Shown here: positions 18,151-26,281 of the stretch, piece by piece
How the letters are laid out: every line of letters starts with the position of its first letter
Position numbering within the stretch: the stretch's first letter is position 1
Assembly: GCA_963840435.1 (NCBI GenBank)
Contig: CAWIYY010000015.1
Span: 42,105 to 106,104, forward strand
Reading direction: 5' to 3'
Length of the DNA stretch: 64,000 bases
Origin: an uncultured Acidimicrobiaceae bacterium
GTDB taxonomy: Bacteria > Actinomycetota > Acidimicrobiia > Acidimicrobiales > RAAP-2
Translations under genes and position numbers: made by a program
Notes under the pieces: model-generated
Told to the model about the DNA's origin: nothing
Databases searched by the model: none
The model's input: only the letters and a program-made list of their open reading frames with translations

Positions 18151-19089
18151 TCAGTCCTCGAGGCCGTGCAAGGAGAAACCGAGCGCACGCACCTTGGCCA
18201 GTCGTTCGTCGCCGAACTCGTTGCGCATCTGCTCGAGAGTGAACTCCAGCGGGAGCGGGGGGTTCGGGAAGGCCATCAACTCCTCCATCGTGTCCTCCGG
18301 CGCCTCGATCCCGAGAAACTCGACCAATCGGCGGACTTCCTCGCGAGGAGAGCGGCACAGATCGCCATGGTTCACCAGAAGAAACGTCCCCTCAGGCATG
18401 GCTCGCCCCCGTTCGATCGCCAGACTGTTCGAGGCAATCCAGTAGTCCAGCGACCGTACCGGGTTGGCCGACGAACCTCCCTCGATCCCGAACTGAGATC
18501 CCCAACGTGCGACCTGGACCTGGTTGGGGCTGTGCGCCATATAGATCCCGTGGCGGATCACGTGGACGTAGCGCAGCCGGTCCCCGAAGTAGCTGCGAAA
18601 ATGAGGGAGAAAGACGTGGCTGTTTGGCTCCTTCCACCCCCAGAGCGGTGAGTCCTCTCGGACCTGTTCGCGCGAGTGAGCCAGCGTTTCTACTCTGTCT
18701 TCCAGCCACGCGTCGGAGCGGTCGTCCGACAGGTCACCCCGCCTTGCAAAGGCCGAGCAGCGGTGGACCACGGCGGATATGGTCCGCCGATCTTCTCTCG
18801 TAGGCACCAGCAGACCGGTCATTGCCTTCTCGAGTATCGCCAGCGAGTGCCGGATCGGCGTGGCGTCGGGGCCCTCGGGATCAGGATCCCATCTGGGGAG
18901 CTTGCAGAGCAGGGTGAACCATTTGTTGTCCCCGGCTTTGTTCAGATCCGAACCGGTGTACACCTGCAGGCGTCGCATGATCTCGACAACCACTCGCGTG
19001 CCGCTGCCTCCAACGCCGCCAATGACGACGGGGCCTTGCTGTGGCTCGAACCGCGGGGCTGGCTGCGGCCGGCTGAAAACTGGGGTCAC
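18151..19089 (-). CDS. sulfotransferase family protein
   Basis: VVIGGVGGSGTRVVVEIMRRL is a P-loop-like PAPS site. WGWKEPNSHVFLPHF is typical of the Sulfotransfer_3-like group. Confidence 0.7.
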   Translation of the reverse strand: MTPVFSRPQPAPRFEPQQGPVVIGGVGGSGTRVVVEIMRRLQVYTGSDLNKAGDNKWFTLLCKLPRWDPDPEGPDATPIRHSLAILEKAMTGLLVPTREDRRTISAVVHRCSAFARRGDLSDDRSDAWLEDRVETLAHSREQVREDSPLWGWKEPNSHVFLPHFRSYFGDRLRYVHVIRHGIYMAHSPNQVQVARWGSQFGIEGGSSANPVRSLDYWIASNSLAIERGRAMPEGTFLLVNHGDLCRSPREEVRRLVEFLGIEAPEDTMEELMAFPNPPLPLEFTLEQMRNEFGDERLAKVRALGFSLHGLED

Positions 19090-19099
19090 GGAACGCCGA

Positions 19100-21154
19100 C
19101 TAGTCCTGAGGTCTGGCGGAGCCGGCCCCCTGGTGAGCCGAGTCCGCCGGACTCGTCGGATACCAGCGCCGCGTCGATGCGTGGTCAGCCCAGGGAATCG
19201 GATGCCGGCTCGAATCGGCCCGGCGATTCGGGAGGGTAATCACCTCGTCCCAACGCTGCGTGTAGACGGCGTCGAGAGATTGGCTCCGGCGGGCGAAGCT
19301 GTGCCAGCCTGCCGACTGGTGCATTCCATCGCGCTCTGAGCGTTCGACCAGTTCGAGCTTGGTCCGGGTGAACGCCTCCTCCCGATACTGGAAGTGGTGG
19401 ATATTGATCCCTCTCGAGGGTTCGATGAGACGCTCCGACGCGTACGCCGTGTGTGCTCCGTCATTGCTCAAGAGGAACTGGCCGTGCCGATCAAAGCGCT
19501 GCAGAGGATGCTTCCAATGCCCCAGTGAGCAGGGCGGGTTGTTGAGGGGTTCGAAGGTGTAATAGAGCGGTTGAAAGTCGAGCGGATGGAATCGAGGGAC
19601 GTATTCCGGTTTGCGGTCGGGCAGGTGATTCAGGAACGTGGCCCCGACAAGGCGGAACCTGCGGTCCAAGCCTGCCAGGTAGTCCCTGACAGTCGTGCCA
19701 CTCGGACCCTCGGGAAACTCATCGCTGTCGAGCAACATCCACCACACGTGGTCGGCCCCGGAACGCAGTGACTCCCGGGCGACAACCGCATTCACCAGAG
19801 GCTGCACCAACCGTCCGTCGAAGGCCTCCGTTTCGTAGACCTCGGCGATGGTGGCGCCCGCTGCTTCGGCGTTGGCGACGGTGGCATCGCTGCTCGCATT
19901 GTCGACCACGTACACGGCGTCGGCGCCTTGTGTCTGAGCATTGCGGACCGTCGCCTCGATGATGTCCTCGTCCATCCATGACTTGATCACTGCAAAAACG
20001 CGGAAGCCGTCGAGTGGAACCAGAGCCGCCGGGTTGTCCTCGTGCCCCAGGTGGCCTGGCCTGCCTGTCGTGCGCTTTCGGGCAGAGATCGCTCGGCGTG
20101 CAGTTGTCGAGAGAATCTGCAAACGCTCCAGTGCAGGCGGAGACCCGTTTGACGCCGCCGGTTCCGCAGTGTCGCCCTCGGAATCGGCCGACAGCGTCGG
20201 TCCACTCGAAGTCAAGCGCCAGACCGTCTTGGTGGCAGCGAACAGACGGGATCGCTTGATCCACTTCAGTTCGTTCTCGGCCGCGACCCGGGCGAAGACC
20301 ACCATTTCACCGTCCGCCGAGAGCTGAATGAAGTCGTCCACCCAGGACGGTTCGTCGGGAACCGGGGGAGGAGTCCACCGGTTGTGACCACCACGCCGAC
20401 GCACCAGCACTTCCGCAAACGCCCTCTGCTCGGCTACGAGCAGCGGTTCGGCCCCCTCGTCGGAGCGGTGGTGTCGCAGCTCCGGCTCGAAGGCATCCAC
20501 CGCCTGATCAATGCGGTGGTGCGCCGAATGCGCCAGGTCCTGATCCGCCAGGAAGTCACACAACTCGCCGATGGAAGTGCCGGGATCTTGCAGGATGGAC
20601 TGGTAGTCGGCCACGAAGACGGGGAGGCCTTCCACGGCCCTGATCGATTGCTGGACGTAGCGGCGCCACAGCGCCAGTCCGAACGAGATGGGGAAATCGT
20701 TGCGGTGCTCCAGCGACCGCGCGACCTCGAGCGGATCCCGAAGGACCAGGACCGCCACTGGGGGACGATCGAACACCTGGCGCCAGAGCGGCAGGACCAG
20801 ACAGAGCCGCGGGTCCTTCAGCACCATGTGAGCCTCGGTGAATTCCCGCAACGAGAAATCACGCGCGCCGCTCTTGAGCTCTCCCAGCTCGGCGCTCTTG
20901 GAGTCCTCCCATCCGAGAGGTGGGCTCGGTGGCGATGACCAGGTGCCCCCGAGGTATCTGAGGATCCGGTCGTTATAGGTCACGAACCGCCGGCTTTCCC
21001 AGTATCCCCGCTCGTTGTAGGGGCCTGGCGTGATGAGGTCGGTCTCGTCGGGGAGGGCAAATCCGAGCCGAGCGACGGCATTGGCGACGGCCGACGTTCC
21101 GCTTCGGTGCATCCCGATGATGACGACGTGCTGTTGCTCCGACGGCTTCATCAC
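19100..21154 (-). CDS. two-domain protein: N-terminal sulfotransferase plus C-terminal family-2-like glycosyltransferase
   Basis: 684 aa. VVIIGMHRSGTSAVANAVARLG..YNERGYWES is a Stf0-like sulfotransferase. FAVIKSWMDEDIIEATVRN..VYVVDNASSDAT..LLDSDEF is a GT2-like domain with a DxD motif. Confidence 0.7.
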   Translation of the reverse strand: MMKPSEQQHVVIIGMHRSGTSAVANAVARLGFALPDETDLITPGPYNERGYWESRRFVTYNDRILRYLGGTWSSPPSPPLGWEDSKSAELGELKSGARDFSLREFTEAHMVLKDPRLCLVLPLWRQVFDRPPVAVLVLRDPLEVARSLEHRNDFPISFGLALWRRYVQQSIRAVEGLPVFVADYQSILQDPGTSIGELCDFLADQDLAHSAHHRIDQAVDAFEPELRHHRSDEGAEPLLVAEQRAFAEVLVRRRGGHNRWTPPPVPDEPSWVDDFIQLSADGEMVVFARVAAENELKWIKRSRLFAATKTVWRLTSSGPTLSADSEGDTAEPAASNGSPPALERLQILSTTARRAISARKRTTGRPGHLGHEDNPAALVPLDGFRVFAVIKSWMDEDIIEATVRNAQTQGADAVYVVDNASSDATVANAEAAGATIAEVYETEAFDGRLVQPLVNAVVARESLRSGADHVWWMLLDSDEFPEGPSGTTVRDYLAGLDRRFRLVGATFLNHLPDRKPEYVPRFHPLDFQPLYYTFEPLNNPPCSLGHWKHPLQRFDRHGQFLLSNDGAHTAYASERLIEPSRGINIHHFQYREEAFTRTKLELVERSERDGMHQSAGWHSFARRSQSLDAVYTQRWDEVITLPNRRADSSRHPIPWADHASTRRWYPTSPADSAHQGAGSARPQD

Positions 21155-22272
21155 GAGGTGTGGAGCAGCGTCTCGATGATGCGATCCTGATCCGTGGGTG
21201 ACAGAGCTGATCCACTCGGCAGGCAGAGGCCGTCGGCGAAGATGCCCTCGGCGACCGCGCCGCCCAGGACCGTTGCTCCCTTGTAGAGCGGCTGCAGGTG
21301 GAGCGGTTTCCAGACCGGCCGGGATTCGACGTCGATCTGCTCGAGGGCCAATCGGATCTGTTCGCGATCGGCGCCGAAGCGTTCTGGGTCAATGCGGATG
21401 CAGGTCATCCAGTAGTTGGGCACGACCTCGGGGCGAAAGGGCATCATCGCAATGCCGTCGACCTCGTCGAACGCGGCGCGGTAGCGCTCACGTATGGCTT
21501 TTCGTTGTTCGATGCGCCGGTCGAGTCCTCTCAGCTGGCCACGACCCAGTGCCGCGAGCAGGTTGCTCAAGCGGTAGTTGTAGCCCAGGTCGAGGTGCTC
21601 GTAGTGGGCGACAGGTTGTCGGGCCTGGGTGGAGAGGTAGCGGGCCCGTTGGACCAACTGTGGCGAGTTCGACGCCAGCATCCCGCCGCCACTGGTCGTG
21701 ATGATCTTGTTGCCGTTGAACGAGAAGGTGGCGCAGGCGCCGAACCCTCCCGCCGGACGGCCACGGTAGGAGGCGCCCAGCCCTTCAGCGGCGTCTTCGA
21801 CAAGTGGGATCTCGAGGTCCTCACAGGCAGCGGTCAGCACGTCGTAGTCCGGGCAGCCGCCGAGAAGGTCGACAGAGATCACTGCCGCCGGCCGCCGGCC
21901 CAGGCGGGCCCGTTCATAGAGATCGGCCGCCAAGAGGTTGGCGTCGACGTTCCAGTCGGCCGGGTCCGAGTCGACAAAGACGGGTTCTGCCCCGACATAG
22001 CAGGCCGCATTGGCCGTCGCCACGAACGTCAGGGTGGGCACGATCACCTGGTCGCCAGGTTGCACGCCGACCAGGAGGAGGGCCAAATGGAGTGCAGCGG
22101 TGCCACTCGAGAGGGCCGCCGCATCGGTCACACCGACCCGATCGGCCAACTCCCGCTCGAACGCGTCGACATGGGGTCCCAGCGGTGCGATCCAATTCGA
22201 GTCGAAAGCGTCGAGGAGGAGCTCGCGCTCCTCAGAACCGGTGTCGGGAGGTGAGAGAAAGATCCGGGCCAT
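21151..22272 (-). CDS. DegT/DnrJ/EryC1/StrS-family PLP aminotransferase (PglE/WbpE-like sugar aminotransferase)
   Basis: Start set to ATG 22272 (MARIFLSPPDTGSEERELL..SNWIAPLGPHV..FE). The track ORF extends upstream into an Arg/Gly-rich non-homologous stretch that overlaps the next gene. Confidence 0.9.
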   Translation of the reverse strand: MARIFLSPPDTGSEERELLLDAFDSNWIAPLGPHVDAFERELADRVGVTDAAALSSGTAALHLALLLVGVQPGDQVIVPTLTFVATANAACYVGAEPVFVDSDPADWNVDANLLAADLYERARLGRRPAAVISVDLLGGCPDYDVLTAACEDLEIPLVEDAAEGLGASYRGRPAGGFGACATFSFNGNKIITTSGGGMLASNSPQLVQRARYLSTQARQPVAHYEHLDLGYNYRLSNLLAALGRGQLRGLDRRIEQRKAIRERYRAAFDEVDGIAMMPFRPEVVPNYWMTCIRIDPERFGADREQIRLALEQIDVESRPVWKPLHLQPLYKGATVLGGAVAEGIFADGLCLPSGSALSPTDQDRIIETLLHTS

Positions 22273-22274
22273 GT

Positions 22275-23258
22275 TCAAGACGGTCCCGCGCCGGTGGGCT
22301 GCTGAGGTGAGGACATGAACCCAGCCTGGAATCCCACGGCGATGAGTGCCAAAACGCTGACTCCTGTGATCGCCACGGCCGGGACGGTTTTCAAGTCGCT
22401 GGCCACGATGGCCAACCCTGTGAGTATGACGCCCGTCAGGGCATAGGCCCCAACCGCCGCCTTTGTGCTCCAGCCTCGCCGCAGCAGCTGGTCGTATGGG
22501 TGGTCGCGGTCGCCGGCGAGCAGCGAGGTTCCGGCGCGCCACCGGCGAACCACCGCGAAGACCAGTTCGGCGGCCGGAAGAAGGACCAGAGGAAGAGCAC
22601 CGATTCCTACCGGCAACGACTCGCCTGGCGCCCAGCACAGCGCCAGCAGAGCGGCAATCGCCGTTCCGATCAGATAGGAGCCGCCGTCACCGAGGTAGAT
22701 CCTGGCCGGAGGCCAGTTGAAGACCAGGAACGCGGCCATGGCCCCCGCCAGAGCGACCGCGAGATACCGACCGTGGCTGCCGAGGACCACTGCGAATCCC
22801 ACTGCACTGGCCAGGGTGACCGAGCCACAGAGGCCGTCGAGCCCGTCCATGAGATTGAAACCGTTCACGAGCACGACTGTGGCCACGACAATCAGGATGA
22901 AGCTCACGATCCCCGTGAAGCGGGTGGCCAGCATGAGGGCGAGGACCACGGCGGTGAGGAGTTCGGCGGCCAGGCGTGCGGCGGGAGGAAGTGGCCGCAC
23001 ATCGTCGCTCGTGCCAATGGCGAGCGCCATCCCGAGGGGGATGAGCAGCAGGGGCCGGTAGGCGACGGTGCCGACAAGGAGCCCGAGGGCGACTGCGACT
23101 CCACCGAGATAGGGCGTTGCCGAGGCTTGGGGCTTGAGCGGCCCCGGCTGGTCGATCAATTGCACGCGCCTGGCCACTCGCCACGCCAGGGGGGTGGCCA
23201 CCAACGTGACCGCGCAGGCGCCAATCCCCACCGCGACGGTGTCTGTCAAGGAGGGCAT
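22275..23258 (-). CDS. polyprenyl-phosphate N-acetylhexosamine-1-phosphate transferase (MraY/WecA/WbpL superfamily)
   Basis: 327 aa and polytopic. IDQPGPLKPQASATPYLGG and NGFNLMDGLDGL are signature motifs. Confidence 0.85.
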   Translation of the reverse strand: MPSLTDTVAVGIGACAVTLVATPLAWRVARRVQLIDQPGPLKPQASATPYLGGVAVALGLLVGTVAYRPLLLIPLGMALAIGTSDDVRPLPPAARLAAELLTAVVLALMLATRFTGIVSFILIVVATVVLVNGFNLMDGLDGLCGSVTLASAVGFAVVLGSHGRYLAVALAGAMAAFLVFNWPPARIYLGDGGSYLIGTAIAALLALCWAPGESLPVGIGALPLVLLPAAELVFAVVRRWRAGTSLLAGDRDHPYDQLLRRGWSTKAAVGAYALTGVILTGLAIVASDLKTVPAVAITGVSVLALIAVGFQAGFMSSPQQPTGAGPS

Positions 23259-23914
23259 ATGGCTGAGATGTCGGCTCGCAGGAGCAGCGATTCGGTTCCC
23301 GGGTGCAACTCGAAACGCTCCGCTTCGACGAAGCCCGCCTCGAGGTAGACCCTGATCGCCGTCTCGTTCGTCGCCGCCACCACCACACGGGCCGTGCTCG
23401 AACCCGCCTCAGCCGCCGCGGCATGGAAGGAACGGACGAGCTGCGCACCGGCGCCTCGCCGTCGAGCCGTGGCCGCCACGGCGAGCGAGAGCAACTCCGT
23501 CTCGGATCTCTCCACGTGCTCACCCATTCCCTTCGGCTGCTTCGGGTCGTCCTTTGCCCCATAGCGCAAGGTTTCGACGACCCGGGGGATCGAGCGCACG
23601 AGGCGCGGGGCCGAGGTCATCCCGGCGACCAAGCCGTCGCGGAGGAGGAAATCGCCATAGAGGCGGCGCACCGAAGTGGCACCGGCGACAAACCCGATCA
23701 CGATCCCGGGTCCTGGATCGCAGGCCACCAGGAGAAAGCCGTGCGGGGACTTGGCGATCCGGGCGTAGAGCCGGCGGAGGAAGCGGGGCCCCAGCGAGGC
23801 AAGGAATCCCTCAGTGATCGCCCTGACATGGAGGTCCGCCACGCTGCCTGCGTCCTGCGACGTGGCGGCCCTCACGACGACCTCGCTCGGGGGTTCCCCG
23901 TTGCCACCTGACAT
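23246..23914 (-). CDS. GNAT-family N-acetyltransferase
   Basis: Start set to ATG 23914. LAVAATARRRGAGAQLV is the Q/RxxGxG/A acetyl-CoA motif. First gene of the minus-strand operon 23914 to 18151. Confidence 0.7.
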   Translation of the reverse strand: MSGGNGEPPSEVVVRAATSQDAGSVADLHVRAITEGFLASLGPRFLRRLYARIAKSPHGFLLVACDPGPGIVIGFVAGATSVRRLYGDFLLRDGLVAGMTSAPRLVRSIPRVVETLRYGAKDDPKQPKGMGEHVERSETELLSLAVAATARRRGAGAQLVRSFHAAAAEAGSSTARVVVAATNETAIRVYLEAGFVEAERFELHPGTESLLLRADISAICPP

Positions 23915-24117
23915 TGGACCCTCGACCCCGATGAGATTGCCGGACCGGATCACGTTAGCCTCCGAGTGCCGGCGTCCCGGCGGCGGCAATCCCGCTGTTC
24001 ACCTGGCCCTTTCCTTCCTTTAGCTGTTCGCTCGATCCCCCGGCTCCGGCGCCAGAGACCCGGTTCGGCCGGACCGGAGGGGTGTTGCGCCCGCCCGCAG
24101 CGCCATTCCAAACGCAA

Positions 24118-24135
24118 GGTGAACGTGAGGTGAAC
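24118..24135 (-). promoter_or_regulatory. PHO-box-like operator: two GTTCACC cores exactly 11 nt apart
   Basis: The plus strand reads GGTGAACgtgaGGTGAAC. The reverse complement is GTTCACCtcacGTTCACC. It sits in the divergent region between the GNAT operon and the Ig-repeat gene and is followed by AT-rich TAAATATTAAAT. Confidence 0.5.
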
Positions 24136-24325
24136 TAAATATTAAATGTTGATGATCTGGTGACAATCTGCCGATAGACCCTATGCATCGGCGGTGACGC
24201 CGACCCATAGTTGCGTGTAGGCGGGCTGGCAAACCCAATTCCGTCTTGGCGATAAGGCATTTCCACTTATTGGGGGAACGCGGCACTCGAAGGTGCCGTT
24301 TCCGGGACCACGGAGGCAAATAGGT

Positions 24326-26125
24326 ATGGCGAGAAGATTCGGTGCAGTACCTCTGCGGCTGGCGATCGGATCAGTAGTGGCCTTGTCGGGCCTCGCGCTG
24401 CTGGCAGCACCCGCGTCGGCAACCCCAGGAGTGACCACCACGACTGTGACGGAGTCGGCAGGAGCGGTGACTGGCTCTCCGGTCACGTTCACGGCGACGG
24501 TGACCAAGGGGGCGATGGTCCCGACCGGGACAGTGACCTTCACGGTCACGGGCAAGGACTCAGCGCCCTTCACATGCGATGGTGGGAACATCGCAAACCT
24601 GGGGCCCAATGGGAGCGGTCCCGGCTCGGTGGCCACGTGCGCCTTCAGTGGCGGTCTCCAGGCGAGTGATTCGCCCTACACGGTCGATGCGAGTTACAGC
24701 GGAGGCGGAACGCTCGGCCCGAGCAACGGTTCGCTCAGTCCCGCCACGATCACCCGGGGCTCGACGAGTACGGGCCTCCTTTCGTCGTCAAATCCGACGG
24801 TAACCGGTCAATCGGTCACCTTCACGGCGACGGTGGACCCGACGAGCCCATCGACCGGGTCCCCGAGCGGGTCGGTCACCTTTGCCATCGACGGAACGGG
24901 CGGCGGCAACGTGGTTTGCGACACGACCGGCGACGTGGTGCCCCTCAGCGGCGGCACGGCCTCGTGCGCCATTTCTGCGGGCCTATCTGCACAGTTCAGC
25001 CCGTACTCGGTGAGCGCTGCCTACTCCGGTGACACGAACTTCAAGCCGAGCACCGGCACGCTGTCCCAGACGGTGTCAAAGGCTGCCGTGACCCTCGGAC
25101 TGACGAGTTCGGTCGCACAGCCCGACACGGGGCAACCGATCAGCTTCACTGCGAGCGTCACTTCGGCGACTCCTCCGGGGTCCGGCAATCCAACTGGCAA
25201 CATCGTCTTCACGGTCATGGGGAACAACGTGTTGCCGGGTCAGCCCGGCTACACGGAGACCTGTGCCGGGGGTGACACGCAGCCGCTCTCAGGTGGCAGC
25301 GCCACGTGCAACTTCCCGACCGGACTGATCTCGAATCCGATCACCTTCACGGTGACGGCAACGCTCAAAGACGCAAACTTCTCGTCCTCCTCGGCTTCGC
25401 TCGTGCAGGACGTGAACAAGGCGCCAACGACGACGAGCATTAGCGGCGTGCCGGGCTCCATCGTTGCGTCGCAGCCATTCACCTTCACGGTCACCATCCA
25501 GACCAACGCTCCTGGTGGGAACCCGCCGACCGGCAACCTCGAATGGGCCGTGTGCGTGCACAACGCGCCCACGTGCTCGGGTCTGCCGGGTGGGACCTTC
25601 ACCCTGGGGAAGGCGACGAAGAAGGACATTGCGAACAATGAGCGGGTCCTCACCTACTCGGTTCCAGGCGTCTTGAGGCCCGGCTTCTACACCATCAACG
25701 CCAACTTCTCGGGTGACTCGGACTACACGCAAAGCAGTTCGGCAACCGGATTCATCCTGGTGAACAAGGCGCCGACGAGCATGCAGATCGTGCTTCAGCG
25801 CAACCCCTTGAAGCAGGGGAGCACCCCGGTCATCCGGGCCGCCGTGATCCCCAGCGCGGAGGCCAGCACGGGCCTAGGCGCCCCTCAGGGCACCGTCACC
25901 TTCACGATCACCGGTGCATCGGGCGACACGGTCAACTGTGAAGGGGGTTCGAACGTGATCACGATCAGCACCACCTCGTCGAACCAGGGCAAGGGGACGT
26001 GCACCATTGCGCCAGCCGACGTCACGGTCGCCGACAGCCCCTACGTGGTCGGGGTGCAGTACTCGGGCGACAGCAACTACGAACCCATAAGCGGCACCCA
26101 GATGGTCCACATCGTCAACCCGTAA
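24326..26125 (+). CDS. secreted protein made of about six bacterial Ig-like repeats
   Basis: ATG 24326 after GGAGG. Signal peptide ends LLAAPASA. Recurrent ~95-aa units carry VTFTATV / VTFTVTG / ITFTVTA / VTFTITG and C..G....C...L......Y.V.A.Y.GD.N patterns. Confidence 0.7.
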   Translation: MARRFGAVPLRLAIGSVVALSGLALLAAPASATPGVTTTTVTESAGAVTGSPVTFTATVTKGAMVPTGTVTFTVTGKDSAPFTCDGGNIANLGPNGSGPGSVATCAFSGGLQASDSPYTVDASYSGGGTLGPSNGSLSPATITRGSTSTGLLSSSNPTVTGQSVTFTATVDPTSPSTGSPSGSVTFAIDGTGGGNVVCDTTGDVVPLSGGTASCAISAGLSAQFSPYSVSAAYSGDTNFKPSTGTLSQTVSKAAVTLGLTSSVAQPDTGQPISFTASVTSATPPGSGNPTGNIVFTVMGNNVLPGQPGYTETCAGGDTQPLSGGSATCNFPTGLISNPITFTVTATLKDANFSSSSASLVQDVNKAPTTTSISGVPGSIVASQPFTFTVTIQTNAPGGNPPTGNLEWAVCVHNAPTCSGLPGGTFTLGKATKKDIANNERVLTYSVPGVLRPGFYTINANFSGDSDYTQSSSATGFILVNKAPTSMQIVLQRNPLKQGSTPVIRAAVIPSAEASTGLGAPQGTVTFTITGASGDTVNCEGGSNVITISTTSSNQGKGTCTIAPADVTVADSPYVVGVQYSGDSNYEPISGTQMVHIVNP

Positions 26126-26136
26126 ATGGTCAATAC

Positions 26137-26172
26137 CATGTAATTGGCATGTAATTACATGGAAACATGTAT
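26137..26172. promoter_or_regulatory. AT-rich motif cluster CATGTAATT-gg-CATGTAATTACATG-gaaa-CATGTAT
   Basis: Perfect 14-bp palindrome CATGTAATTACATG at 26148-26161, flanked by two further CATGTA(A/T)T copies. It lies in a ~90-nt low-GC island upstream of pstC. Confidence 0.5.
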
Positions 26173-26217
26173 TTAGTAGGTAACCTAAAGTTTACTGCAA
26201 CGACAGATTCCGGTAAC

Positions 26218-26281
26218 TCACGGCCGTTAGCGTGATCGGGTGCTCGAGCCAGAGTCCACCCAGATCACCTAACGGCCGTGA
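26218..26281 (+). promoter_or_regulatory. long imperfect hairpin that includes the pstC start codon
   Basis: TCACGGCCGTTAGcGTGATCGGGTG (26218-26242) pairs with CACCCaGATCACCTAACGGCCGTGA (26257-26281). The GTG start at 26278 lies in the 3' arm. Confidence 0.5.

Noticed and set aside
22273-22638. N-terminal 122-codon extension of the aminotransferase ORF; likewise 45417-45773 for asnB and 17141-17248, 30852-30941, 29149-29271 and 35485-35610 for other genes
   Set aside because: These extensions overlap neighbouring genes or intergenic DNA and lack family homology. Conserved N-termini (MARIFLSPP, MCGIAG and others) with SD sequences or stop-start overlaps lie downstream.
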